Origin: Alphaproteobacteria bacterium
GTDB taxonomy: Bacteria > Pseudomonadota > Alphaproteobacteria > JAAXGF01
Length of the DNA stretch: 64,000 nucleotides
Direction: 5' to 3'
Assembly (NCBI GenBank): GCA_963555825.3
Contig: CAUVXB020000001.1
Location: 128,001 to 192,000, forward strand
Shown: positions 1 through 9,608 of the stretch, piece by piece
Numbering within the stretch: the stretch's first letter is position 1
How the letters are laid out: each line of letters begins with the position of its first letter
The notes under the pieces: generated by a model
What the model saw: only the letters and a program-made list of their open reading frames with translations
The model's database searches: none
What the model was told of the DNA's origin: nothing
Made by a program: the position numbers and the translations under genes

Positions 1-1422
1 GGCGCGGCGGCGCGGATCTACGTGCCCGACCGACTGAGCGAGGGCTACGGGCCGAATGCGCCGGCGCTCAAGCGCCTCATGGACGAAGGCGCGGCGGTCG
101 TCGTCACCGTCGACTGCGGCATCTCGGCCCACGCGCCGCTCGCCGAGGCCGCCGAGGCCGGACTCGACGTCATCGTCGTCGATCATCACGTCGCGACCCC
201 CGAGCTGCCGGCGGCCGTGGCGGTGGTCGACCCCAACCGGCTCGACGATACTTCGGGCTGCGGCCAGCTCGCCGCGGTCGGCGTCGCCTTCCTGGTCGCC
301 GTCGGCCTCAACCGGGCGCTGCGTTCCGCGGGTTGGTTCGCAGAGCGACCCGAGCCGGACCTGCGCCAGTGGCTCGACCTGGTGGCGCTCGGCACGGTCT
401 GCGACATGGTGCCGCTGACCGGCGTCAATCGGGCGTTGGTGACGCGCGGCCTCGAGGTGATGGCGCGGCGGAGCAACCTTGGCCTCGCGACGCTCGCCGA
501 CGTCGCCGGCGTGAACGAGACGCCGGGCGCCTATCACGCGGGGTTCATCCTCGGGCCGCGTATCAACGCTGGCGGCCGCGTCGGCAAGTCCGACCTCGGC
601 GCGCGACTCTTGACCACCGAGGACGCCGATGTGGCGATCGAGCTGGCGCACCGGCTCGAGGCGCTCAACGCCGAGCGGCGCGCTATCGAGGCCGGTGTCG
701 AGGCCGCCGCGCTCGGCCAGATCGAGGACGCCGGCGGCGCGCCGACGCCGATCGCCTTCGTGGTCGGCGCGGGCTGGCACCCGGGCGTCGTCGGCATCGT
801 CGCGAGCCGCATCGTCAATCGCTACCACTGTCCGGCCTTCGTCATCTCGGTCGCCGACGGCATCGGCAAGGGCTCGGCGCGCTCGATCCCCGGCGTCGAC
901 CTGGGCGCCGCGGTGATCGCCGCCAACCAGGCCGGCCTGCTGGTCAACGGCGGCGGCCATCCGGCGGCCGCCGGCCTGACCGTCGAGGCCGGGCGAATCG
1001 ACGAACTGCGCGATTTCCTCATCGAGCGCTTGGCGGCGCAGATTGCGGCGCAGGATACCGGGCCCAGCCTCGGCCTCGACGGCGCCATCGTGGCCGGTGC
1101 CGCGACCACCGAGCTGGTCGACGTGCTGCAGCGCATCGGCCCGTTCGGCATCGGCAATGCCGAGCCGCGTTTCGCCGTCGCCAACGGCCGCGTCGTCCAC
1201 GCCGCCGTCGTCGGCGAACGTCACGTGCGCTGCACTCTGGCCGACGAGAGCGGCGCGCGGCTTGGCGGCATCGCGTTTCGCAGCGTCGACACGCCGGTCG
1301 GTGCGGCGCTGCTGAGCGCGGCGGGCGCGCCGCTTCACGTCGCCGGTCACCTGCGCGCCGACAACTGGCGCGGCCGCGAGCGCGTCCAACTCATCATCGA
1401 GGATGTCGCCAAGGCCGTGTGA
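1..1422 (+). CDS. recJ: Single-stranded-DNA-specific exonuclease RecJ (5'-partial; frame is open from base 1)
   Basis: YVPDRLSEGYGPN, TVDCG, VDHH, LGTVCDMVPL, GPRINAGGR, GSARS and GGHPAAAG motifs of the DHH/DHHA1 RecJ family. Confidence 0.97.
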   Translation, partial: GAAARIYVPDRLSEGYGPNAPALKRLMDEGAAVVVTVDCGISAHAPLAEAAEAGLDVIVVDHHVATPELPAAVAVVDPNRLDDTSGCGQLAAVGVAFLVAVGLNRALRSAGWFAERPEPDLRQWLDLVALGTVCDMVPLTGVNRALVTRGLEVMARRSNLGLATLADVAGVNETPGAYHAGFILGPRINAGGRVGKSDLGARLLTTEDADVAIELAHRLEALNAERRAIEAGVEAAALGQIEDAGGAPTPIAFVVGAGWHPGVVGIVASRIVNRYHCPAFVISVADGIGKGSARSIPGVDLGAAVIAANQAGLLVNGGGHPAAAGLTVEAGRIDELRDFLIERLAAQIAAQDTGPSLGLDGAIVAGAATTELVDVLQRIGPFGIGNAEPRFAVANGRVVHAAVVGERHVRCTLADESGARLGGIAFRSVDTPVGAALLSAAGAPLHVAGHLRADNWRGRERVQLIIEDVAKAV

Positions 1423-1479
1423 CGGCCCCGGAAGCACTTGATTTCTGCGTTTAGTCATTTTAAGTCTCACGCGGTCTTT

Positions 1480-1515
1480 GCGTCATCCGAACGAATCGTC
1501 TCGTTCGGATGACGC
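1480..1515. terminator. Perfect 15-bp hairpin downstream of recJ (terminator-like or REP-like)
   Basis: GCGTCATCCGAACGA-atcgtc-TCGTTCGGATGACGC; no U-tract follows, so function is uncertain. Confidence 0.4.
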
Positions 1516-1616
1516 CAGCCCGCGACCGCGGGCCGCCGCTTATGCGGCGAGAGCCTGCGTGGCGATTGAACGCAGTTCGCCTTTACGACGTAAAGGTGAA
1601 CGGGAGGTGGTCTATC

Positions 1617-1692
1617 GTCCCCTTCGTCTAGAGGTTTAGGACACCACTCTTTCAAGGTGGAGACACGGGTTCGATTCCCGTAGGGGATACCA
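1617..1692 (+). tRNA. tRNA-Glu (TTC)
   Basis: 76-nt cloverleaf, anticodon arm CCACT-CT TTC AA-GGTGG, T-loop GGTTCGATTCC, encoded CCA end. Confidence 0.97.
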
Positions 1693-1719
1693 CCCACAAT
1701 GGTTGTGGTTTAATTCACT

Positions 1720-1732
1720 TAAGTTCTTGATT
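1720..1732 (-). promoter_or_regulatory. IHF-like site in the att arm next to tRNA-Glu
   Basis: Minus strand AATCAAgaacTTA matches WATCAANNNNTTR. Confidence 0.5.
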
Positions 1733-1793
1733 GTCAATCGGTTACGATCCGAAAATCCTTCCCACAGAGTTGGCCGCAACGTTGGAACGGACC

Positions 1794-1893
1794 ATGACCA
1801 AGAAGACTCCCAATCTTCGCCGCCGAGGCGGGCGCTTTTACTATCGACAGCGGGTCCCAACGGACCTTCGAGGTCGTTTCGTCGCGTCGGAAG
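1794..1893 (+). pseudogene. 5' fragment of a tyrosine integrase (DUF6538-like N-terminus), truncated by IS3
   Basis: MTKKTPNLRRRGGRFYYRQRVPTDLRGRFVASE just downstream of a tRNA 3' end; no continuation after the IS. Confidence 0.7.
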
Positions 1894-1960
1894 TGAGCTG
1901 GTCCCAGAAATTCGGACAGGGAGCTAAGGTGTATTCCACCGGCTAATGGAGGAATACGGG

Positions 1961-2242
1961 ATGACGGCACGACGACGGTTTACGGCGGAGTTCAAGGCCC
2001 GGGTGGCGCTGGAAGCGCTGCGGGGCGACAAGACGATCCAGGAGCTCGCGGCCAAGCACAAGGTGCATCCGAACCAGGTAAGCACATGGAAGCGCCAGGC
2101 GGTGGACGGTCTTGGCGAGGTATTCTCGAACGGTGTGGACCGCGTCCGTCGGGATCATGAATCAGAGATCCACGGCCTCCATGCCAAGATCGGCGAGCTG
2201 ACGGTGGAACGGGATTTTTTGGCCGGCGGGCTCAAGCGATGA
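1961..2242 (+). CDS. IS3 transposase OrfA (HTH)
   Basis: RRRFTAEFKARVALEA...VHPNQVSTWK; ATGA overlap with orfB. Confidence 0.93.
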   Translation: MTARRRFTAEFKARVALEALRGDKTIQELAAKHKVHPNQVSTWKRQAVDGLGEVFSNGVDRVRRDHESEIHGLHAKIGELTVERDFLAGGLKR

Positions 2243-3168
2243 GCCGGGGGGAGCGCAAGGCGATGATCGGGCGCGACGCTGCCGACCTGAGCTTGGGCCG
2301 TCAATGCCGCCTGCTTTCGATCAGCCGGTCCGCGTTCTATTACGCGCCGAAGGGCGAGAGCCCGGAGAACCTGGCCCTGATGCGCCGCATCGACGGGTTG
2401 TTCATGAAGCATCCGTTTTACGGCAGCCGTCAGATGGTCCGCCAGTTGCGGCGCGAGGGGATCGCGGTAGGCCGTCATCGGGTGCGGCGCTTGATGCGGC
2501 TGATGGGCCTCGAGGCGATCTATCAGGCGCCGAGAACCAGCACGCCGCACCCGGCGCACCGAGTGTATCCCTATCTGCTCAAGGGGATGGTGATCGAGCG
2601 GCCCAATCGGGTCTGGTGCGCCGACATCACCTACATCCCCGTCCAGCACGGCTTCCTGTACCTGGTCGCGATCATGGACTGGGCGACCCGCCACGTTCTG
2701 TCCTGGCGGTTGTCGAACACCATGGACGCCTCCTTCTGCATCGAGGCGTTGAACGACGCGCTGGCCAGATACGCCACGCCGGAGATCTTCAACACCGACC
2801 AGAGCAGCCAGTTCACCAGTCTCGACTTCACCGGCGCGCTCAAGGACGCGGGCGTTACAATCTCAATGGACGGTCGGGGCCGCTGCATGGACAACATCTT
2901 CATCGAGCGCCTCTGGCGGTCGCTCAAGTACGAGGCGGTCTACCTGCACGAACTGACGGACGGCTTCAAGGCCGAACGGGTCATCGGCGAGTGGATCAGC
3001 TTCTACAATACAGAGCGGCCCCATTCGTCCCTCGACGGTCAAACGCCGGCGGAAGCCTACGGCGCCGGGCAGCCTGTGGATATGATGGATAAGCCTGACG
3101 GCTTACCCACATCCCCACAGGCTCAACAGCAACAACAGGATGTGATAAACAGGATTTTGGCAGCATGA
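2239..3168 (+). CDS. IS3 transposase OrfB (DDE integrase core)
   Basis: WCADITY, NTDQSSQF (S where the sister copy has G), DNIFIERLWRSLKYE. Confidence 0.93.
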   Translation: MSRGERKAMIGRDAADLSLGRQCRLLSISRSAFYYAPKGESPENLALMRRIDGLFMKHPFYGSRQMVRQLRREGIAVGRHRVRRLMRLMGLEAIYQAPRTSTPHPAHRVYPYLLKGMVIERPNRVWCADITYIPVQHGFLYLVAIMDWATRHVLSWRLSNTMDASFCIEALNDALARYATPEIFNTDQSSQFTSLDFTGALKDAGVTISMDGRGRCMDNIFIERLWRSLKYEAVYLHELTDGFKAERVIGEWISFYNTERPHSSLDGQTPAEAYGAGQPVDMMDKPDGLPTSPQAQQQQQDVINRILAA

Positions 3169-3293
3169 TCAGACAGCGGAATACACCTTAACTGCGCTGC
3201 CAACCTGTCCAACAATGTGGGACCACCTCAGTAACCGGGTTCACGAGGCCCAGACAACTGTATCGCACCCGGTTCCTTGGACACAAGTTTGTC

Positions 3294-4205
3294 TCATGCG
3301 GCGGGCCTGAGTGACATCGCGGTGTGCCACGCCTGACGAGCTTGAGCGGGGCTCAGGTAGCCGTTCTTCTCCACGATCCACTGGGCATTGTACTGTTCGA
3401 CGAACCCGCGGACGGCGTTCCGCAGCTCCGCGATGTTGCGGTAGATGCGGCCATGGATGATCTGTTCCTTGAGCGTGCGATTGAACCTCTCGGCGACGCC
3501 GTTGGTCTGGGGCTGTTCGACGAAGGCGTAGGACGGCTGGATGCCCCAGAACTTGATCTGGTTGGTGAAGTGGTCCGACAGATACTGGGAGCCGTGATCC
3601 ATCCGCAAGGCCAGCCCCCGCGCCGCACCGGCGGAGGTCGAGGCATACAGCCTCGCAAGCCCCATGGAGATCGGCTGAAGGGCGGCGAAGCGGTCGCCTC
3701 GCTTGCACACATGCCAGCCGACGCACTCGGCGTTCCAATGCTCGATGGCGGTGAATATCCAGCCCCAGCCGTCGTCCACCGTGAACACCCGAACGCCGTC
3801 CGTGCCCCACATGAGGTTGGGGGCATGGGTGATGATCTCACCGACATGGGGATTTCCGCCACGGCGGCGGCAGCGATGGGGCGAGAGCAGGTTGTTCTCG
3901 CGCATCACCCGGAGCCCCCGCTTGCGGGAAACACGGATGCCACGACAGACCCGAAGCCGAGCCCAGACCTTGCGGTGTCCCTCGCCCTCCCAGGGGGATG
4001 CCTCCAGGTCGGCCTCGATGGCCACCAGCAGAGCCTCGTCCGAGATCGAGGGCTTCGGTCCCCGGCGCTTTGCTGGTGGGCGCTCAGCGGTGGCCTGCTG
4101 CCGGGATTTCATGGCGTAGAACGAGGAACGGGCAAAACCCCAGGCCGCACAGACCCGCTGGAGGCCGTAGGCCAAACCCGTGCCGGGAGAGGTGGCGGCA
4201 CTCAT
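3294..4205 (-). CDS. DDE transposase OrfB (integrase core)
   Basis: MWGTDG, RMDHGSQY, PQTNGVAERFNRTLKEQ. Confidence 0.93.
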   Translation of the reverse strand: MSAATSPGTGLAYGLQRVCAAWGFARSSFYAMKSRQQATAERPPAKRRGPKPSISDEALLVAIEADLEASPWEGEGHRKVWARLRVCRGIRVSRKRGLRVMRENNLLSPHRCRRRGGNPHVGEIITHAPNLMWGTDGVRVFTVDDGWGWIFTAIEHWNAECVGWHVCKRGDRFAALQPISMGLARLYASTSAGAARGLALRMDHGSQYLSDHFTNQIKFWGIQPSYAFVEQPQTNGVAERFNRTLKEQIIHGRIYRNIAELRNAVRGFVEQYNAQWIVEKNGYLSPAQARQAWHTAMSLRPAA

Positions 4206-4612
4206 CGCCGCGACCTCCGCCGCCCCAAAGGGCCGGACGTCTCCGTCTTGGCCTCCAGCAGTTCCACCTGCATGATCAACTCCCCGATCCGCTTCATGGC
4301 GATGTCCAGTTCCGCCTTCACCGGATCGCCCTTGCGTTCCTTGAGCGAGGCATCGATCCCGGCGATCGCCTTCTCACGCCACTGCTCGAGCCGGAAAATC
4401 TCCACGCCCAACTGCCGCGACAAAAGTTCCACCGGCTCGCCACGCAAAAGCCGCAGGGCAACCTCACGCTTGCGCGTCACCGTCCACCGCTGGCCAAGTC
4501 CCAGCGGGCCTGCCGGCGAAACCTGGCCCGGGGAAAACGTGGACGAGCCAAGCTCGCCCTCGTTTACCACAGGCCCATCAACAGCAACTTTGTTCTCAAA
4601 ATTGTCGGTCAT
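4202..4612 (-). CDS. IS OrfA (HTH)
   Basis: RWTVTRKREVALRLLRGE HTH; AGGAGG RBS; ATGA overlap with orfB. Confidence 0.85.
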   Translation of the reverse strand: MTDNFENKVAVDGPVVNEGELGSSTFSPGQVSPAGPLGLGQRWTVTRKREVALRLLRGEPVELLSRQLGVEIFRLEQWREKAIAGIDASLKERKGDPVKAELDIAMKRIGELIMQVELLEAKTETSGPLGRRRSRR

Positions 4613-4885
4613 GTTCCGGTCCTCCTTGGACACTTCGATTAAGCCAATTCTGTGTCCAAGGAAATCGGGTCCGACTCACGAGGCCCAGACAACGAACAAT
4701 TTGGGGGTAAATTTTCATGTGTGTAAACCTTCGTCTTATCTATTTTGGGTTGCTGACTTTCACGATGGTGATTCCGTCCGGATGGGGTTGGGCACAGGAA
4801 CAATCCGCAGAAACCAGTGAACCGCCTAAGCCGCCCCCAGATGAATTCGTTTGGGAGTCTGAGGATCTTACTCGAGCTGATGTAA

Positions 4886-5816
4886 GAGCCCGGCCGGGAA
4901 TGAATTGTTTGATTTCAAAGCCTTGCGATCCTTCGTGTGAGGAGTTGGATGCTTGCGATCATGAGCCAGGCCTCGGCGCTGGCGATGGTGGCCTCGAAGT
5001 CTTTGGCGAGACGGCGGTTGCGACCGAGCCAGGCAAAGGTGCGCTCCACCACCCAACGCCGGGGCAGGACCTTGAAGCCCGTCACGTCGTCGCTTCGCTT
5101 GACGATCTCCAGCGTCCACTGGCCGATCTTTTCCAGCGCCTTGCCGAGTTTCGGTCCGGCGTAGGCGCCATCGGCGAAGACGTGGCGCAGCCAGGGGAAG
5201 GCCCATCGGATCGAGGCGAGCAGCGGCGGCGCGCCGTCGCGGTCCTGGATATGGGCGGCGTGAACCATGCCGGCGACGAGCCGCCCGCCGGTGTCGGTGA
5301 GGATATGGCGCTTGCGCCCCTTAACCAACTTGCCGGCGTCGAACCCGCGCGGGCCGCCGCTTTCCGTGGTTTTCACCGACTGGCTGTCGATCACACCGGC
5401 GGACGGGCTGGCCTCTCGGCCCTCGGCCTCGCGCGCGCGCATGAGCAGCTCGTGGTTGATCCCGTTCAGCGTCGCCTCGGTGCGCCAAGCGTAGAAGTAC
5501 TCCTGGACCGTGCTCTTCGGCGGAAAGTCCTTCGGCAACATCCGCCACTGGCAACCCGTGCGCGCCATGTACAGGATCGCGTTCACCACCTCGCGCAGGT
5601 CCGTCGTTCGCGGGCGTCCCAGCCGTTTGCATGGCGGCAGCAGCGGGCCGAGCACGCCCCACTCCGCCTCGGTAAGATCGCTTGCATAGCGCAGCCCCTT
5701 GCGCTCATATTTGGGTCGAGTGGTCTCGGTCCACATCTTGTGCCTCCATCGCTGTTCAACCACAACGAAGGAAACACAAGTGACTGATTCCACTCAACTC
5801 TTATTCGGCCGGACTC
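4886..5816 (-). mobile_element. IS5-family element (IS1031-like, 931 bp), copy 1
   Basis: Ends GAGCCCGGCCG / CGGCCGGACTC, TAA duplicated. Confidence 0.95.
4915..5736 (-). CDS. IS5-family transposase
   Basis: YASDLTEAEW, GCQWRMLPKDFPP, IDSQSVKT, ADGAY, RRWVVERTFAW. Confidence 0.95.
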   Translation of the reverse strand: MWTETTRPKYERKGLRYASDLTEAEWGVLGPLLPPCKRLGRPRTTDLREVVNAILYMARTGCQWRMLPKDFPPKSTVQEYFYAWRTEATLNGINHELLMRAREAEGREASPSAGVIDSQSVKTTESGGPRGFDAGKLVKGRKRHILTDTGGRLVAGMVHAAHIQDRDGAPPLLASIRWAFPWLRHVFADGAYAGPKLGKALEKIGQWTLEIVKRSDDVTGFKVLPRRWVVERTFAWLGRNRRLAKDFEATIASAEAWLMIASIQLLTRRIARL

Positions 5817-6489
5817 TAAGAGTCTTAGAATTCGATTCTCTCGGCGACGATGCCTCTCTGTTCAGCATATCAAAACACAAACAAATTTTCAAAGAGATGG
5901 TATTTGCAACTGCAGACAATGAAGATTCCAATTGTTCGAGGCAACTAGTCCAGGCAATTTACCTCCAGGACATCGGGCATTTCTTTGACGCCAACGCCCA
6001 TTTCGACAATTGCACCTTCGATGGAAGCATCGACTACATCGAGAGTTTACTGGGTGAAGCGGACGACTTGGTTAAGAGTGCTCATACGCACCGCGATGGA
6101 GGCCAGTACAGGAGAGGCGGGACAGCCGTGGCAGAGGCGATGACAAGGCTTGGTCAGGTGTTGCACGCAGTTCAGGATTTCTACGCCCACAGCAATTATG
6201 TCGATCTCATGGACGAGTGGGAGACAGCCTATGACGAGCTATAACCGAATCTTGTGTACGGCGTTGAAATGAAGGCGGCGTATCCTGGTGATTGTTGATG
6301 TCACCACTTGAGCTAAGCCAAGGAAGGATACGCCATGAAAGAGAATACCGTTGTTGCTTTTCAAAACCCATCTGATTTTCAGAAAGATCCGTTGACGGAA
6401 GTCCTACAAGCTGGAGCTCGCGATGAGTCGGACCCGATTTCCTTGGACACAGAATTGGCTTAATCGAAGTGTCCAAGGAGGACCGGAAC

Positions 6490-6900
6490 ATGACCGACAA
6501 TTTTGAGAACAAAGTTGCTGTTGATGGGCCTGTGGTAAACGAGGGCGAGCTTGGCTCGTCCACGTTTTCCCCGGGCCAGGTTTCGCCGGCAGGCCCGCTG
6601 GGACTTGGCCAGCGGTGGACGGTGACGCGCAAGCGTGAGGTTGCCCTGCGGCTTTTGCGTGGCGAGCCGGTGGAACTTTTGTCGCGGCAGTTGGGCGTGG
6701 AGATTTTCCGGCTCGAGCAGTGGCGTGAGAAGGCGATCGCCGGGATCGATGCCTCGCTCAAGGAACGCAAGGGCGATCCGGTGAAGGCGGAACTGGACAT
6801 CGCCATGAAGCGGATCGGGGAGTTGATCATGCAGGTGGAACTGCTGGAGGCCAAGACGGAGACGTCCGGCCCTTTGGGGCGGCGGAGGTCGCGGCGATGA
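6490..6900 (+). CDS. IS OrfA (HTH)
   Basis: Identical protein to 4202-4612. Confidence 0.85.
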   Translation: MTDNFENKVAVDGPVVNEGELGSSTFSPGQVSPAGPLGLGQRWTVTRKREVALRLLRGEPVELLSRQLGVEIFRLEQWREKAIAGIDASLKERKGDPVKAELDIAMKRIGELIMQVELLEAKTETSGPLGRRRSRR

Positions 6901-7808
6901 GTGCCGCCACCTCTCCCGGCACGGGTTTGGCCTACGGCCTCCAGCGGGTCTGTGCGGCCTGGGGTTTTGCCCGTTCCTCGTTCTACGCCATGAAATCCCG
7001 GCAGCAGGCCACCGCTGAGCGCCCACCAGCAAAGCGCCGGGGACCGAAGCCCTCGATCTCGGACGAGGCTCTGCTGGTGGCCATCGAGGCCGACCTGGAG
7101 GCATCCCCCTGGGAGGGCGAGGGACACCGCAAGGTCTGGGCTCGGCTTCGGGTCTGTCGTGGCATCCGTGTTTCCCGCAAGCGGGGGCTCCGGGTGATGC
7201 GCGAGAACAACCTGCTCTCGCCCCATCGCTGCCGCCGCCGTGGCGGAAATCCCCATGTCGGTGAGATCATCACCCATGCCCCCAACCTCATGTGGGGCAC
7301 GGACGGCGTTCGGGTGTTCACGGTGGACGACGGCTGGGGCTGGATATTCACCGCCATCGAGCATTGGAACGCCGAGTGCGTCGGCTGGCATGTGTGCAAG
7401 CGAGGCGACCGCTTCGCCGCCCTTCAGCCGATCTCCATGGGGCTTGCGAGGCTGTATGCCTCGACCTCCGCCGGTGCGGCGCGGGGGCTGGCCTTGCGGA
7501 TGGATCACGGCTCCCAGTATCTGTCGGACCACTTCACCAACCAGATCAAGTTCTGGGGCATCCAGCCGTCCTACGCCTTCGTCGAACAGCCCCAGACCAA
7601 CGGCGTCGCCGAGAGGTTCAATCGCACGCTCAAGGAACAGATCATCCATGGCCGCATCTACCGCAACATCGCGGAGCTGCGGAACGCCGTCCGCGGGTTC
7701 GTCGAACAGTACAATGCCCAGTGGATCGTGGAGAAGAACGGCTACCTGAGCCCCGCTCAAGCTCGTCAGGCGTGGCACACCGCGATGTCACTCAGGCCCG
7801 CCGCATGA
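6897..7808 (+). CDS. DDE transposase OrfB
   Basis: Identical protein to 3294-4205. Confidence 0.93.
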   Translation: MSAATSPGTGLAYGLQRVCAAWGFARSSFYAMKSRQQATAERPPAKRRGPKPSISDEALLVAIEADLEASPWEGEGHRKVWARLRVCRGIRVSRKRGLRVMRENNLLSPHRCRRRGGNPHVGEIITHAPNLMWGTDGVRVFTVDDGWGWIFTAIEHWNAECVGWHVCKRGDRFAALQPISMGLARLYASTSAGAARGLALRMDHGSQYLSDHFTNQIKFWGIQPSYAFVEQPQTNGVAERFNRTLKEQIIHGRIYRNIAELRNAVRGFVEQYNAQWIVEKNGYLSPAQARQAWHTAMSLRPAA

Positions 7809-9608
7809 GACAAACTTGTGTCCAAGGAACCGGGTGCGATACAGCTGGAGCTCGCGAGTTGTTGGCCCAAGCCGTTGAGGCCGAGGTCTCCGTGTTTTTG
7901 GGTAGCCATGCGGCGCTTGTTGACGCCGCCGGCCGCCGCCGGGTTGTCCGCAATGGATATCTGCCGGAACGCTTCATCCAGACCGGGATCGGCCCGGTGA
8001 GCGTGCGCCAACCCCGTGTGCGGGACCGGGGGGACGGCGCCATCCGCTTCACGTCGGCGATCCTGCCGCGCTATCTGCGCCGCGCCAAGAGCCTGGAAGA
8101 CCTTTTGCCATGGCTGTATCTGAAGGGCATTTCCACCGGCGACTTCGGGGAAGCCTTGGCGGCGCTCCTGGGGAGCTCCGCGCCGGGGCTTTCGGCCTCC
8201 ACGATCACCCGGCTGAAAGAGGTCTGGGGGGTTGAGGCGGAGCGCTGGCAACGGCGCGACCTCACGGCCAAGCGCTACGTCTATTTCTGGGTGGACGGCA
8301 TCTATTTCAGCGCCCGCATGGAGGAAGAGAAGCAGTGCATCCTGGTGATCGTCGGGGCCACGGACAAGGGACAGAAGGAACTGATCGCCATCGCCGACGG
8401 CTATCGCGAAAGTGAGCAGTCCTGGCTCGAAGTTCTGCTCGATCTCAAGCGGCGCGGCCTTGAAATGGGTCCGCAACTGGCGCTCGGCGACGGCGCGCTC
8501 GGCTTCTGGAAGGCGCTCCGCCAAGTCTACCCAGGCGCCCGCGAGCAACGCTGCTGGGTTCACAAGACGGGCAACGTCTTGAACAAGCTGCCCAAGGGTC
8601 TGCAAAAGAAAGCCAAGGGGCGCCTGCAAGACATCTGGATGGCCGAAACCAGGAAGGATGCCGAGAGCGCCTTCGACTTCTTCCTGGAAGCCTACGGGCC
8701 GAAGTACGACAAGGCCGCGGCCTGCCTGGCCAAGGACCGCGACGTCCTGCTGACGTTCTACGACTTCCCCGCCGAGCACTGGAAGCATGTACGCACGACC
8801 AACCCCATCGAGAGCACGTTCGCCACGGTTCGTCTGCGCACCTACCGGACCAAGGGCTGCCTGTCGCGCAAGACGGCGATGGCCATGGTCTTCAAACTAT
8901 GCCAGTGCGCTCAGAGAAAATGGAGAAAACTCGATGGATCGAACCATCTCGCCGAGATCATTCGCGGCGTCAAATTCGTAGATGGAGAACGCCAGGATCG
9001 CGCCGCCGCATGATCAGCCCATACACAACTTTTGACAATAGCTCGCCTATGACAATATCGACCCCATCCAATTATGGAATGCCAGTGGGCGGACGAAAAT
9101 CCAGGGTCTTATCCGACGAGGGCTGGTCAGTGGTACGGTGGCTTGGCAGCCAACGCAAAATGTATGCCCAGACGGCACGCCGAGCCATGGCGATTTAAAT
9201 AAGGATTCAGATGACGGTAGCCCCGGTATCGGTCGATGGAAAGGGTTGAATAAGCACGGGCTCGCATTCGAATTGGCTATGTGCTCTTCGGAATTATTTC
9301 TGAAAGATGCGTTTAACAGGTGGCCGCTTCTTGTCGAAATTTGCAAGCGGGGCGTCATTTACAGGGTATACTCTGATAGGCGGGTCCCTTAATTATCGGG
9401 TTGGGCGGTAACTGCGCTGCATCCAACGCAACGCAAGATAATCGAGGCTTGGCGGCGTGGCAGGTTCGATGCGCGGGAATCAGTGAATTCGGGGACAGTG
9501 TAGACGTCCAACGCGAGGTTCGTGTGGGTCGCTGGGCGACCACACTTGGACGACGGAGACATATTCAACCCCAGGCGGATAGGCTCCACGATTGGGGTCG
9601 TTGTGTTA

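Larger units (their letters stand above)
1894..3230 (+). mobile_element. IS3-family element (1337 bp), no target duplication
   Basis: Ends TGAGCTGGTCCCAGAAATTCGGACAGG / CCTGTCCAACAATGTGGGACCACCTCA; orfA plus orfB. Confidence 0.95.
3259..4678 (-). mobile_element. IS3-like two-ORF element (1420 bp), copy 1, 15-bp target duplication
   Basis: Imperfect TG..CA inverted ends sharing CCTTGGACACA; flanked by CGAGGCCCAGACAAC at 3244-3258 and 4679-4693. Confidence 0.93.
6424..7843 (+). mobile_element. IS3-like two-ORF element (1420 bp), copy 2, 14-bp target duplication
   Basis: Same proteins as 3259-4678, opposite orientation; GCTGGAGCTCGCGA at 6410-6423 and 7844-7857. Confidence 0.93.
6335..9013 (+). 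pseudogene. IS256 transposase interrupted by a nested IS (6335-6423 + 7858-9013)
   Basis: MKENTVVAF...QAGAR|ELLAQAVEAEV, RNGYLPER, WVDG, GDGALGFW, QRCWVHK, RTTNPIES. Confidence 0.93.
6236..9044 (+). mobile_element. IS256-family element carrying a nested IS
   Basis: Ends GAGCTAT...TTGTGTA / TACACAA...ATAGCTC; 9-bp TSD GCCTATGAC at 6227-6235 and 9045-9053. Confidence 0.93.
4717..9392 (+). pseudogene. Secreted Het-C/VWA7-N-like (Zn-phospholipase C-like) protein, split by IS5 and IS256; segments 4717-4885, 5820-6235, 9054-9392 give 307 aa
   Basis: Removing both ISs and one TSD copy each restores a single frame; signal-peptide-like N-terminus; HFDN, LGQVLHAVQDFYAHSNYV and SHGDLNKD motifs. Confidence 0.8.

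Noticed and set aside
4717-5787. 356-aa ORF, and the 573-aa ORF at 7292-9013, as real genes
   Set aside because: Both are chimeric read-throughs across IS junctions.
3259-7843. Composite transposon or inversion bounded by the two inverted 1420-bp ISs
   Set aside because: Each copy keeps its own matching TSD, so they are independent insertions with no rearrangement.
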